Origin: an uncultured Candidatus Rokubacteria bacterium
Lineage (GTDB): Bacteria > Methylomirabilota > Methylomirabilia > Rokubacteriales > CSP1-6
DNA length: 64,000 nt
Direction: 5' to 3'
NCBI GenBank assembly: GCA_963747235.1
Contig: CAVVEU010000008.1
Span: forward strand, 512,001 to 576,000
How positions within the stretch are numbered: the stretch's first letter is position 1; the number at the start of each line of letters is the position of its first letter. A program made the position numbers and the translations under genes. The notes below the pieces were generated by a model. It was not told the origin of the DNA and searched no databases. It saw nothing but the letters and a program-made list of their open reading frames with translations. Positions 1 to 14,436 of this stretch are shown here, piece by piece.

Positions 1-459
1 ATGAAGGCGATGGGGGCCAACCCGGTGCCCATGCCCTACGTCGAGGTCTACCTGGCCATGAAGCAGGGCACGATCGACGGCATGGAGCTGCCGTCGTTCA
101 CGATGACGTCGGACAAGTTCCAGGAGGTGACCAAGTACTACTCGCTCACCCGCCACTCCTACCCGCCCATCGCCTGGTTCATGAACCTCAAGAAGTACCA
201 GGCGCTGGCGCCGGACCTGCAGAAGGCGGTGGACGAGTCGATGCGCGAGGCCTGCCAGAACCACCGCCGCCTCGAGGTCGAGAAGGAAAAGCTCGACTTC
301 GACATCATGAAGAAGGCGGGCGTGCAGATCAACGAGGTGAAGGACATCAAGGCCTTCCAGGGGCTGATGAAGCCGGCCTACGACTACGTCGAGGGGCAGG
401 TGGGCAAGGAGTTCATGGCCAAGCTCCGGGCGGCGGTGCAGGCGGCGGCGACCAAGTAG
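1..459 (+). CDS. dctP: TRAP transporter substrate-binding protein DctP (5'-partial)
   Basis: GANPVPMPYVEVYLAMKQGTIDG and FQEVTKYYSLTRH motifs of the DctP C-terminal half; followed by dctQ and dctM. Confidence 0.9.
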   Translation: MKAMGANPVPMPYVEVYLAMKQGTIDGMELPSFTMTSDKFQEVTKYYSLTRHSYPPIAWFMNLKKYQALAPDLQKAVDESMREACQNHRRLEVEKEKLDFDIMKKAGVQINEVKDIKAFQGLMKPAYDYVEGQVGKEFMAKLRAAVQAAATK

Positions 460-462
460 TCC

Positions 463-939
463 GTGCTGGCCCGCGCCGGGTCGAACGTCGTCGAGGGCGT
501 GCTCCTCCTGATGATGGTGCTGCTGTGCGCGGACGTCTTCCTGGGCGTCTTCTCGCGCTACGTGATCCGCAGCACCTTCACGTGGTACGACGAGATCGCC
601 CGGCTGCTCTTCGTGTGGATCGTGTTCCTGGGGGCGGCGGTGGGCGTGCGGCGCAGCGCCCACTTCCGCCTGCACCTGCTGGTGGACCGTTTCCCGCCCG
701 CGGCGCGGCGCGTCGCGGACGTCTTCGGCGTGCTCGTCCTGATGGGCTTCGGCCTGGTGCTGATCCAGCAGGGCTGGAAGCTGGTGGAGCTCGGGCAGTT
801 CCAGCGCACGCCGGTGATGGGCCTCTCCAAGCAGTACGTCTATCTCTCGGTGCCGGTGGGCGGGGCCCTGGTCATTCTCTACAGCCTGCCGCATCTCTGG
901 CGCGCCGTCCGCGGCGAGGCCGGGTCCGTCGCGGCATGA
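463..939 (+). CDS. dctQ: TRAP transporter small permease DctQ
   Basis: 4 TM segments; W-x-DEIAR...WIVFLGAA...H motif. Confidence 0.9.
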   Translation: MLARAGSNVVEGVLLLMMVLLCADVFLGVFSRYVIRSTFTWYDEIARLLFVWIVFLGAAVGVRRSAHFRLHLLVDRFPPAARRVADVFGVLVLMGFGLVLIQQGWKLVELGQFQRTPVMGLSKQYVYLSVPVGGALVILYSLPHLWRAVRGEAGSVAA

Positions 940-2216
940 TCGCGCTGATCGCGGTGTCCTTCCTCGTCCTGCTCGCCCTGGGCGTGCCGGTGGCCTTCGT
1001 GATCGGGGTCTCCGGCTTCGTGGGCCTCTGGTGGAGCGGCCAGTATCCGCTCACCGTGGTCGTGAAGCAGATCTTCGAGGGCGTGGATTCGTTCGTGCTG
1101 CTCGCCATCCCCCTCTTCATCCTGGCGGGCGCCCTGATGGAGACCGGGGGCATCGCGGTCCGTCTCGTGCGGCTGGCCCAGGTGCTGGTGGGGTGGATCC
1201 GGGGCGGCCTCTCCATGGCGGTGGTGGTGGCCGAGTACATCTTCTCCGGGATCTCGGGCTCCACGGTGGCCGACGTCTCGGCGATCGGCTCCACCATGAT
1301 CCCGCCCATGCTGCGGGCCGGCTACCGGCCGGAGCAGGCGGTGGCGGTGGTCTCCGCGGCCTCCGCGATGGGCATCCTGGTGCCGCCCTGCATCCTGATG
1401 ATCGTCATCGGCTCGGTCGCCAACGTGTCGGTGGCCGCGCTGTTCGCGGCGGGCTTCGTGCCCGCGGTGGTCATCGCGCTGGCGATCATGGTCTACATCT
1501 GGTTCGACGCCCGCCGCAGCGGCATCGAGGCGCGGGAGCGCATCACCTGGGGCGCGGTGGGCCGCGCGTTCACCGACGCGGTGATCCCGCTCGGGCTGCC
1601 CGCCATCATCTTCGGCGGCATCCTCGGCGGGGTGGTGACGCCGACCGAGGCGGCGGTGCTCGCGGTGGTCTACGCCTTCATCGTGGGCGTCTTCGTGTAC
1701 CGCGAGATCGCCTGGAAGGACCTGCCGCGCATCCTGGTGCACAGCGCGGTGGTGACCGCCGCGGTGTGCTTCCTGCTCGGGACCGCGGCGGTGGTGGCGT
1801 GGGTGCTGGCGGTGGAGCAGATCCCGCAGCTCCTCCTGAAGGCGATGCTGGCGGTGCCGGGCGGGAACATCGTCTTCCTGGTCCTCACCGCGGTGCTCTT
1901 CATCCTGCTGGGCGCGGTGCTCGAGGGCCTGCCCGCGGTGGTCATCCTGCTGCCCACCTTCATGCCGGTGGTGACCAGGCTCGGGATCGACGTCATCCAC
2001 TACAGCACGGTGGTGGTCGCGGCCACCGGCATCGGCCTCTTCCTGCCCCCGATCGGGGTCGGCTTCTTCATCGCGTGCGGGATCGCCAACGTCCCCAGCG
2101 ACCGTGCGACCCCCGCGATGATGCCGTATGTCTACATGATGTGCGTGGGGTTGCTCGTCGTCATCCTCGTCCCATGGTTCACCCTGATTCTCCCGCGGCT
2201 GCTGGGGCTCGCCTGA
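936..2216 (+). CDS. dctM: TRAP transporter large permease DctM
   Basis: ATGA overlap with dctQ; LLAIPLFILAG, FSGISGSTVAD, TPTEAA and GLFLPPIG motifs. Confidence 0.93.
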   Translation: MIALIAVSFLVLLALGVPVAFVIGVSGFVGLWWSGQYPLTVVVKQIFEGVDSFVLLAIPLFILAGALMETGGIAVRLVRLAQVLVGWIRGGLSMAVVVAEYIFSGISGSTVADVSAIGSTMIPPMLRAGYRPEQAVAVVSAASAMGILVPPCILMIVIGSVANVSVAALFAAGFVPAVVIALAIMVYIWFDARRSGIEARERITWGAVGRAFTDAVIPLGLPAIIFGGILGGVVTPTEAAVLAVVYAFIVGVFVYREIAWKDLPRILVHSAVVTAAVCFLLGTAAVVAWVLAVEQIPQLLLKAMLAVPGGNIVFLVLTAVLFILLGAVLEGLPAVVILLPTFMPVVTRLGIDVIHYSTVVVAATGIGLFLPPIGVGFFIACGIANVPSDRATPAMMPYVYMMCVGLLVVILVPWFTLILPRLLGLA

Positions 2217-2304
2217 TCTTGCGACCCGCGCCCGCGCCAGAGTAGGCTAGGGCGGCTCATGGGGCGGGCCCACGCGAGGCCCCCCACCAGACCAGGAGGC
2301 TGAC

Positions 2305-2664
2305 ATGCCCGAGCTGACCCGGCGATACATCGTCATGGCCATGGCAACCGAAGCGCCGTTCGACGTGCACGACCCCGAGGCGCCGTTCGTGCTCAAGCCG
2401 TGGAAGGACCCGGCGGCCCTCCGCGCGCTCGAGGCCTACCGGGACCACTGCTACCCGGAGCTGTCCGGCGACCTCACCGGCTGGATCCAGGCGATCAGGA
2501 CCGGCGCGCGGATCCGCGGGGGGGTGGGCGCTCGGAACGATGCCCATGCGGCCCCGCGGCCCAAGGCCCTTCGGTCCGCGCCGCCCGCGCGCCGGCCGGC
2601 TAAAGCTGTCAAGAAGAAAGTCGCCAAGAAGGCACGGAAAAAGAAGGGGAAACGGAGCAGGTGA
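2305..2664 (+). CDS. Hypothetical protein with Lys/Arg-rich C-terminal tail
   Basis: AGGAGG RBS; compact N-terminal domain (FVLKPWKDPAALRALEAY...YPELSGDL) plus AVKKKVAKKARKKKGKRSR tail; stop overlaps sirtuin start. Confidence 0.75.
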   Translation: MPELTRRYIVMAMATEAPFDVHDPEAPFVLKPWKDPAALRALEAYRDHCYPELSGDLTGWIQAIRTGARIRGGVGARNDAHAAPRPKALRSAPPARRPAKAVKKKVAKKARKKKGKRSR

Positions 2665-3443
2665 GCTTCGCGGATCTCGAGCGTCTGGCGGATCTCGTCT
2701 CGGCTTCGAACCGTATCGTCGTCTTCACCGGCGCCGGGGTCAGCACCGAGTCCGGGATCCCGGACTTCCGGAGCCCGGGCGGGATCTGGGATCGCTTCGA
2801 TCCCAGCGAGTTCACCTTCCAGAACTTCATGGCGAGCGAGGGCGGCCGGCGCCGCTACTGGGAGCTCGGCCGCACCACCTTCCCGGTGATCCGCCGCGCC
2901 GAGCCCAACCCGGCGCATCACGCGCTGGTGAGCCTCTGGCGGCTCGGGAAGCTCGACTGCGTGATCACGCAGAACATCGACAATCTCCACCAGCGGGCCG
3001 GGCTCCCCGCGGATCGGGTGATCGAGCTGCACGGCAATGCCACCCGCGCCCGGTGCCTCACGTGCGAGCGCGCCTGGGATCGGGCGCGCGTGCAGGAGTG
3101 GCTGGACGCGGGCGTCGCGGTGCCGCTCTGCGATCCGCCGTGTGGCGGCATCATCAAGCCCCGCACCGTCATGTTCGGCGAGGCCATGCCCCGGCGCGAG
3201 ATGGAAGAGGCGGAGCGTCGCGCGCGGGCCGCGGACCTCTTCGTGGTCGTCGGTTCGTCCCTGGTCGTCTACCCCGCCGCGTACATGCCGCTCCACGCCA
3301 AGCACGCGGGCGCCACCCTGGCGATCGTGAACCTGACCGACACCCCGCACGACGGCCAGGCGGACCTGGTGATCCGGGGCAGCGCGGCCGCGGTGCTCGC
3401 CACGGTCACGGCCCCACTCGAGCCGCGGTCGGCCGCGCGGTGA
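2661..3443 (+). CDS. cobB: NAD-dependent protein deacylase (Sir2 family)
   Basis: GAGVSTESGIPDFR, TQNIDNLH, HG, CxxC...CxxxC Zn site, GSSLVVYPAA. Confidence 0.93.
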   Translation: MSFADLERLADLVSASNRIVVFTGAGVSTESGIPDFRSPGGIWDRFDPSEFTFQNFMASEGGRRRYWELGRTTFPVIRRAEPNPAHHALVSLWRLGKLDCVITQNIDNLHQRAGLPADRVIELHGNATRARCLTCERAWDRARVQEWLDAGVAVPLCDPPCGGIIKPRTVMFGEAMPRREMEEAERRARAADLFVVVGSSLVVYPAAYMPLHAKHAGATLAIVNLTDTPHDGQADLVIRGSAAAVLATVTAPLEPRSAAR

Positions 3444-4213
3444 CCACGACCGCCGCCCTCGTCGAGCATCTCCTGAAGGGGCGGCTGGGTCGCGCCGCGG
3501 TGAGCCCGGTCGGCGAGCTCGCGCCGGACCTGAATCTCGAGCAGGCCTACGCGCTGCAGCGGCAGCTCGAGCAGGCGCTGGTCGGCCGTGGGGAGCGCGT
3601 GGTGGGCTACAAGGTGGGGTTCACCACCGCCGCGCTCCAGGAACGCCACGGCGTGACCGAGCCGGTGCTGGGCTTCATGCTCGCCTCCGGCGTCTTCGGC
3701 AGCGGCGACGCGGTGCCGCTCGCGCGCTTCTTCGCGGTCGGGGTCGAGGTCGAGATCGCGTTCCTGCTCAAGGCGGACCTGGCCGGTCCCGGCGTCACCC
3801 CCGCGTCCGCTCTGCTGGCGGTGGAGGGCGCCATGCCCTCCTTCGAGCTGATCGACTTCCGGCTGAGCGGCACGCCGCGCGGGATCGACGTCGTCGCCGA
3901 CGGGGTCTACACCAACGCCATCGTGCTCGGCCGCCCGCTCACCCCGGTGACCGGCATCGACCTGGCGCTCGAAGGCGTGGTCTTCGAGCAGGACGGCCAG
4001 ATCGTGGCCACCCAGACCGCGGCCGAGGTGCTGGGCAACCCGCTCGTCTCCCTCGCGTGGGCCGCGAATGCCCTGGGCAAGATGGGCCGCGGCCTCCACG
4101 CGGGCGACATCGTGCTCACCGGCTCGATCTCGAAAGTCCTGCGGCCCACGGCGGGGCAGTCGGTGCGGGCTTCGTTCACGCGGCTTGGGTCTGTGGGCTG
4201 TCGCTTCGCGTGA
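3440..4213 (+). CDS. 2-keto-4-pentenoate hydratase-like (FAH family) protein
   Basis: GYKVGFT, VEVEIAF, FELID, LGNPL, GDIVLTGS; GTGA overlap with sirtuin. Confidence 0.88.
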   Translation: MTTTAALVEHLLKGRLGRAAVSPVGELAPDLNLEQAYALQRQLEQALVGRGERVVGYKVGFTTAALQERHGVTEPVLGFMLASGVFGSGDAVPLARFFAVGVEVEIAFLLKADLAGPGVTPASALLAVEGAMPSFELIDFRLSGTPRGIDVVADGVYTNAIVLGRPLTPVTGIDLALEGVVFEQDGQIVATQTAAEVLGNPLVSLAWAANALGKMGRGLHAGDIVLTGSISKVLRPTAGQSVRASFTRLGSVGCRFA

Positions 4214-4245
4214 GCCGGCTGGCGACGCGGAAGCTTCTCTCCATA

Positions 4246-4272
4246 TGCGGGGGCCCAGACATGGCCCCCGCA
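4246..4272. repeat. REP-like GC hairpin TGCGGGGGCC-N7-GGCCCCCGCA
   Basis: Perfect 10-bp inverted repeat in intergenic DNA; looser similar hairpin at ~2260-2289. Confidence 0.5.
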
Positions 4273-4364
4273 CTCCCCCAATGGCGGGCACTCGGTCTCC
4301 TGCCGGGCATGCAGCCGGGCTCAACGCGCCGGTTTCTACAGCTCCGGCTCCTGCCGGCCTGAGC

Positions 4365-4971
4365 ATGCCCGCGCGGCCGCTCGACCTCGAGAGCCTGCGC
4401 CGCCTTCTGGACGTTGGGCTTGAGCCGGCGGCCGCGGGTGGCGCTGGACCGGAGCGATCTGGTGTCGGCGGCGGTGCTGGTGCCGGTGACGGATCACGAT
4501 GGGCCCCACGTGCTCTTCACCAAGAAGACGGCGGGCGTGCCGCATCACAAGGGCCAGTTCTCGTTTCCGGGCGGCGTCGTCGAGCAGCGGGACGGCTCGC
4601 GGGTGGAGACCGCGCTGCGCGAGGCGTGGGAGGAGATCCGCCTGCCCGCCGAGGCGGTGGAGGTGCTCGGGCTCCTCGACGACACGGAGACGCGCGCCAC
4701 CAACTTCATCATCACCCCGGTGGTCGGCATCGTCCGGGACCACGTGGACTTCGCCCCGGACGGCCGCGAGATCGAGCGCGTGCTGGAGGTGCCGCTCGCC
4801 ACGCTGCGCGACCCGGCCATCTTCCGCACCGAGATCTGGGAGCGCAACGGCGAGCCGCACCCGGTGCTGTTCTACCAGGTCTCGGCCGACGACGTGATCT
4901 GGGGCGCGACCGCCCGCATCCTGAGCCAGTTCCTCGATCTGCTCGACGAGCCCGGGGCGCCCGCGCGGTGA
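4365..4971 (+). CDS. Nudix CoA pyrophosphatase (NudL/PCD1-like); frameshift near 4414
   Basis: AAVLVP, H-x-GQFSFPGG, Nudix box ETALREAWEEI, IWGATARIL; ATG 4365 lies in another frame than ORF 4414..4971. Confidence 0.88.
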
Positions 4972-5753
4972 GCGAGCCGCTGCTGCGTGGTTGACGTGGC
5001 GGAGGGCGTCGCCCGCGTCACGCTCAACCGGCCGGAGGTGCGGAACGCGCTCAACGCGGCCCTGCTCGGCGAGCTCGAATCGGCGTTGCGCCGGCTCGAG
5101 GACGATGAGGCGGCGCGGGTGATCGTCCTGCGCGGGGCGGGGGACCGCGCGTTCTGCGCGGGCGCCGATCTCAAGCACGTCGGCGATCGCGGGACCACGC
5201 TGCAGGCGCGCGAGTCCTTCGGCGGCCTCGCGCGCATCCTCGAGTCCATGGCGCGGATGCGGACGCCGGTCATCGCCCGGGTCCACGGCTACGCGCTGGC
5301 CGGCGGCTGCGGGCTCGCCGCGGGCTGCGGACATCGTGATCGCGTCGGACGACGCCGTCTTCGGCCTGCCCGAGATCAAGGTGGGCCTGCTCCCGCTGAT
5401 CGTGATGGCGCCGATCCTCCGCGCGGTCGGCCGCAAGCGCGGGATGCTCATGATCCTGAGCGGCGCGCCGGTCTCGGCGCGAGAGGCGCTCGAGATGGGC
5501 CTGGTGAGCCGGGTCGTGCCGCGCGCGGAGCTGGACACGGAGGTGGACGCGCTGGCCGCGGACCCTGGCCGGCTACTCGCCGACCGCGCTCGGGCTGGCC
5601 AAGGAGGCCGCCGCCACCGCGCCGGACATGGAGTACGGCGCGGCCCTCCGCTACCTGCGCGAGCTCATCACCCTGGTGGCGCTCTCCGACGACGCCCGCG
5701 AGGGCATCGCCGCCTTCTTCGAGAAGCGCCCCCCGCGTTTCACCGGGCGCTAG
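4968..5753 (+). CDS. Enoyl-CoA hydratase/isomerase (crotonase); frameshifts ~4986, ~5330, ~5560
   Basis: TLNRPEVRNAL, FCAGADL, GYALAGGCGL, FGLPEIKVG and DAREGIAAFFEKRPPRFTGR* distributed over different frames. Confidence 0.88.
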
Positions 5754-5772
5754 CCATTCCTGCCGGCGCCGG

Positions 5773-5946
5773 GACCCCGGCCTCTGCGCCACCTGCGCGG
5801 AGGCGCGTCGCGTCGTGTCGGCGCGCGGGTCGGAGTTCTGGCGCTGCGCGCGCGCCGCCCGCGACCCGGCGTTTGCGAAGTATCCGCGTCTGCCCGTGCT
5901 ACGCTGTCCGGGATATCAGCCCGGGTCCCCGGAGGTCGAAGCGTGA
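5773..5946 (+). CDS. Small Cys-rich hypothetical protein (start codon not resolved)
   Basis: GLCATC...SARGSEFWRC...DPAFAKYPRLPVLRCPGY; stop overlaps next GTG. Confidence 0.55.
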   Translation, partial: DPGLCATCAEARRVVSARGSEFWRCARAARDPAFAKYPRLPVLRCPGYQPGSPEVEA

Positions 5947-6635
5947 TCAAGATCATGTGGGCGGCCGTGTTGGGTGGTACCGGTCTCGTCCTCGCATGCA
6001 CCGTCGGGGGGCTCACCGCCGGGTCCGCGTGGGCCCAGCCGAAGGAGTTGCCGGCCCAGGTCGTGACGCTCGGCGGGCCCGCGGAGCTCCACAAGAAGGA
6101 CGCCCCCGCCTGGGGCCCCGCCGCGCTCCGCGACGAGCTGGGCGTGGGCGATAGCGTGCGCACGCAGGTGGGCGGGCGGATCACGCTCAAGACCGCCAGC
6201 GGGCAGGCGGTACGGCTCGGCTCACGCTCCCAGGTCGCCATTCTGGCGTCCGAGGTCGAGGCCGGTCCCACGCGGGTTCGCCTGGACAATGGCTGGCTCT
6301 GGGTTGCGGTGTCGCCCAATAGCCCGCCGCCCACCCAGATCGAGGTCCGCGCGGGTCCGGGAGTCGTCACCGTCCGCGGAGCAGGCGTGGGGCTTCGCCG
6401 TGCGGCCGACGGCGGCGTGCTCGTCCAGGTGCATCACGGGAGCGCAGTGTGCGCGGGGCCGGAGAAGCAGTGGGAGCGCACGCTGACCGGGCCGCAGGAG
6501 CTGCTGATTCCGGCGTCCGGCACGCCGGGGGCGCCCGTGCCGCTGACCGTCGACAAGCTCGAGATCACCTGGGTGAAGTGGAACGCGGACCAGGACCTCG
6601 CGGGCGGATACGGCGGCGCGAAGCCCGCGCCGTGA
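5943..6635 (+). CDS. Secreted FecR-domain protein
   Basis: Signal peptide ending AWA; LGVGDSVRT, RLDNGWLW, VTVRG and VQVHHGS beta-rich FecR-like motifs. Confidence 0.72.
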   Translation: MIKIMWAAVLGGTGLVLACTVGGLTAGSAWAQPKELPAQVVTLGGPAELHKKDAPAWGPAALRDELGVGDSVRTQVGGRITLKTASGQAVRLGSRSQVAILASEVEAGPTRVRLDNGWLWVAVSPNSPPPTQIEVRAGPGVVTVRGAGVGLRRAADGGVLVQVHHGSAVCAGPEKQWERTLTGPQELLIPASGTPGAPVPLTVDKLEITWVKWNADQDLAGGYGGAKPAP

Positions 6636-7504
6636 GCCTCGACGCCCTCGTCGTCGGCACCGCGCTGCCCGAGTACCGCGTCAGCGCCACCCCGACCCAC
6701 GATCCGTGGGAGAACAAGATCCACGAGGACGGGCTCGCCCGCGCGTTCGGGTTCCGGGGCGGCCTCGTCCCCGGCGTGACGGTCTACTCCTGGATGACCC
6801 ATCCGGTGGTGGCCGCGCTCGGCGGGGCGTGGCTCGACCACGGCACGTTCTCGGTGCGCTTCGCCAAGCCGGTCTACTTCGGCGAGACGGTGACGGTCCG
6901 GGCCAGCGTCGCGGCCCACTCGAAGGAAGAGGTCACCATCCAGACCCGCGTGGTGAACGAGCAGGACGAGGTGTGCGCGACCGCGACCATGGGCCTGCCC
7001 CTGGGCCCGCTGCTGCCGCTGCCGGACCCGGCGGCGTACCCGGCCGCCGCGCTGCCCGTGGAGCGCCCGCTCGCGAGCCGCGCCTACCTCGAGCAGCGCA
7101 CCGTGCTGGGCACCCCGCAGCTCATCCTCGAGCGCGCGGTGGCGGACGCGTTCCTCGACGAAGGTGAGCGAGAAGCTCTCCATGTACCGCGACGCCGACG
7201 GGCCCGCCCATCCCGGGATCTACCTCGAGCAGGCCAACCGCGCGCTCGACCGGAACGTGCGGGTCAGCCCGTGGATCCACGTGGAGAGCCACGGCCAGCA
7301 CCTGAGCGTGCCGCGCGTGCGCGAGCGGCTCGAGACGCGCGCCAAGGTGAAGAATCTCTTCCAGGGCAAGGGGCACGAGTTCGTGGAGCTGGACCTGCTC
7401 CTGCTGGCCGAGGGCGCCCGCGCGGTGGCCTCGATCCGCCACGTGGCCATCTACCAGCTCCGGACGTCGGCCCCGGACCTCGGCCCCGGACATCGGGTGA
7501 TCGG

Positions 7505-7508
<4 letters not shown>
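6632..7508 (+). CDS. Double hot-dog MaoC-like dehydratase; frameshift ~7163
   Basis: ENKIHEDGLARAFGFRGGLVPGV hydratase-like motif; second half PWIHVES...KGHEFVELDLLL in ORF 7164..7508. Confidence 0.75.
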
Positions 7509-8896
<1,388 letters not shown>

Positions 8897-9051
8897 TCCG
8901 CCCTGGCGCCGCCGCTATAGTCGCCGCGCCATAGTTCTGGATCCTCCGCAATACCCGGCTGCTCCCGCGGCTGCTCGCCGGCCGGCGTCCGTACTCCTCC
9001 AAGTAGCGGGAAATAATAAGCAAGCTCCCGCCTGATCCCGCCCCTTTCCAG

Positions 9052-9066
9052 TGGCACCGCCCTTGC
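9052..9066 (+). promoter_or_regulatory. Sigma-54 -24/-12 promoter
   Basis: TGGCAC-CGCCC-TTGC matches TGGCAC-N5-TTGC; A-rich IHF-like stretch ~9000-9026 upstream; 50 nt before ATG 9116. Confidence 0.8.
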
Positions 9067-9115
9067 CCTCTGACGAGCAGGCAGTCGTATCAGCGAGTCG
9101 CGGAGGAGGGTTCAC

Positions 9116-9445
9116 ATGAGCACCGTCGAAGACGTATTGCCCTGGATCTCGAGCCTGGACATGGGGCCGCTTTCACGAGTGTCGTTGACCGGCGCGCTCG
9201 CCGGCCGCGCCGCCGAGCGGCCGACCCCCCGCGCGGTGGAGGCCCGCTCGCGGGTCGGCACCTGCTCGCTCCGCCAGATCGTGGGCGGCGCGGTGGCCGA
9301 TGCGGAGGGCGAGGCGATCCGTCGCGCGCTCACCGCCACGATCGGCAACAAGAGCCAGGCCGCGCGCCTGCTCCGGACCAACTACACGACGCTGCACGCG
9401 AAGATGAAGCGCTACGGCATCTCCGCCGCGGAGTTCCAGGCCTAG
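9116..9445 (+). CDS. Stand-alone Fis-type HTH protein, paralog of the upstream activator's DNA-binding domain
   Basis: GGAGGAGG RBS; GNKSQAARLLRTNYTTLHAKMKRYGIS versus GNKSQAARLLRTDYTTLHAKMKRYSIS upstream. Confidence 0.85.
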   Translation: MSTVEDVLPWISSLDMGPLSRVSLTGALAGRAAERPTPRAVEARSRVGTCSLRQIVGGAVADAEGEAIRRALTATIGNKSQAARLLRTNYTTLHAKMKRYGISAAEFQA

Positions 9446-9457
9446 GGCCGACCGCCG

Positions 9458-11931
9458 ATGCCGACCCTCGGCTCCAGCGCCACCATCCCGCTCCTGTTCC
9501 TCGCGGGCGTGGTCGCCTCGGTGGGCGTGCACCAGGTTCGCCTCTGGCTCGGGCGCCGGCGTGATGCCCTCCATCTCTGGGTGGCCGCGTGGTGCGCCCT
9601 GACCCTGCTGGTTCTCGCCGGCCACTATCTGCAGACCGTCGCCGAAACGGCCGAGTGGGCCGAGCTGGGCGCCCGCCTGGCCTGGATGAGCTTGCTCTTC
9701 CTGATCGCGGTGATGATCGGACTCAATCACGCGCTCGCCGGCCGGCCGCTGCCCCGGGGGCTGCTGGCGGGCATCATCGGGGCCGACCTCGCCCTGGCCG
9801 CCTTCGTCTGGCTCGGCGACAGCTTCTTCAAGGCCGATGTGTACCTGCGGACCGATCGCCTGGACGCCACCTACTGGGCGCAGGCGGCGAGCCCGTTCAT
9901 GACCGTGCTGGTTCCGTGCCTCTTCGCGGTCTTCGCCTACTGCCTGGCCACGCTGTGGCGCGCCCGGGCCCTGCCGCGCGGCGAGCGTCGAGCGATCCTG
10001 GCCGGCTTCGGGGTCTACGTCGCGCTGGCGATCAACGATCTGCTGCACGCCGCGGGGGTCATCCAGAGCGTGCGCCTGTTCGACTACGCCTTCGTCGGGG
10101 TCGCGGTGGGCCTGCACTACCTGGTGGTCGCGCGGCTTCACCGGCTCTCCGCCGACCTGGAGGGCGCGCTGACGGACCAGACGCGCGAGCTCCAGGCGCG
10201 GCAGGAGGCGCTGGGCGCGCTGCTCCGCGCCGAGCGGGCGGTCCTGACCGAGACGGATCTCAAGTCCATGCTCGAGCAGATCGTGGCCGAGGCATCGCGG
10301 ATCGCGGGCACCCGGTACGTGAAGGTCCTCCTACTGGACGAGGAGCGTCAGATCCTTCGGATCGCCGCGACGGCCGGCGGCGTGGTGCCGGTGGGCCTCG
10401 AGCTGCCGCTCCATGGCAGCTACTCCGGGACGGTGGCCTGCACCGGCGAGGTCTTCTTCTCGGCGGATACCCCGAACGATCCGAACAACTTCCTGGCCGT
10501 GGAGGATCGGGCGGCCGGCATCCTCACCTACCTGGGCCTGCCCATCAAGGCCCGGGACCGGGTGCTCGGCGTGCTCACGCTCAACACCGAGACGCCGCGC
10601 CGCTACGTCGACGAGGAGATCGCCTACCTCGCATCCTTCGCGGACCGGGCCGCGCTGGCCCTCGAGCACGTGCGCCTGCGCGACGATCTCGAGGAGCGGC
10701 TCTACCGGACCGACGCCGTCACGGCCCTGAATCGCCTCATCACGAGCTCGCTGGACCTCGACCGGATCCTGGACGAGATCACGCGCGCGGCCGCCCGCCT
10801 CATGAAGGCGGATCTGGTCGTCGTGTACACCGCCGACGAGGCCCGCCAGGCCCTGGAAGCGCGCGCCATCTCCGATCCCACCCTCTGGGTGGAATACCCG
10901 CACCGGCTGATGCGCTTCGACGAGGGCGCGGTGGGCGAGGCGATCCGCAGCCGGCGCACGATCCACGTGGCGGATCTGGACGCGGATCCGCGTACGCGCG
11001 CCGGCGGCTGGTTCCGGGACCACGGGCTCCGGAGCGGGATCGCGGTGCCGATCCTCCACGGCGACACCGCGATCGGCGTGCTCGCCATCGCGTCCCGGAC
11101 CGTGTTCGCGGGCCGGCCCGAGGACGACACCCTGCTCCAGGGCTTCGTGGACCAGGCCGCCATCGCCATCACCCACGCCCGCCTCTACGCGGCGGGCCAG
11201 GCCCGCATCCAGCGCCTGCACACCGTGACCCGGCTGAACCGGCTCGTCTCGAGCAGTCTCGACCTCGACCACGTGCTCCACGAGATCACGGCCGCGGCGG
11301 CTCAGCTCGCGGGAACGGCGGCGGCCTGCTTCTGGGTCGCGAGCCCGGACACGCGCACCCTGCGGCTGGTGGCGTTCTCCGATCCGCTGATGGCGGCGGA
11401 CTGGCCGGTGCCGAGCCTGCCCTTCGACGTGGGCGTGCTCGGCTGGGTCGCCCGCTACGCCCGCGTGGTCAACGTGCCCGACGTCTTCAGCGACGGCCGC
11501 TTCGTGGCGCTCGACTGGTGGCGGACTCACGGGCTCAAGAGCTTCTTCGGCCTCCCGGTCATGCTGGAGGGGACCCTCCTCGGGGTCCTCGCCCTCAACG
11601 GCCGCGAGCCGTTTCACTTCGACGCCGACGACGAGCGCCTCCTGGACGCCTTCGTGGACCAGGCCGCGGTCGCGATCCGCAATGCCTCCCTGTTCGCGGC
11701 GGAGGGCGCCGCGCGCCGGGCCGCCGAGCAGGCGCTCGCGGAGGTGAAGGCGCTGCGCGGCCTGCTGCCGATCTGTTCCTACTGCAAGAAGGTACGCAAC
11801 GACGGGAACTACTGGGAGCAGATCGAGACCTATGTCAGCCAGCACTCCGAGGCGCAGTTCAGCCACAGCATCTGTCCGGACTGCCGCGAGGGCGTGGTGA
11901 AGGACCAGCTCGATCGCTGGCGGGGAAGCCT

Positions 11932-11935
<4 letters not shown>
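9458..11935 (+). CDS. Membrane sensor: ~7TM N-terminus, three GAF domains, C-terminal Cys-rich domain; no kinase
   Basis: Hydrophobic N-terminal ~225 aa; three GAF repeats (YLGLPIKARDRVLGVL, GIAVPILHGDTAIGVL, FFGLPVMLEGTLLGVL); LPICSYCKKVR...FSHSICPDC. Confidence 0.85.
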
Positions 11936-14427
<2,492 letters not shown>

Positions 14428-14436
14428 CCTCGGGAC

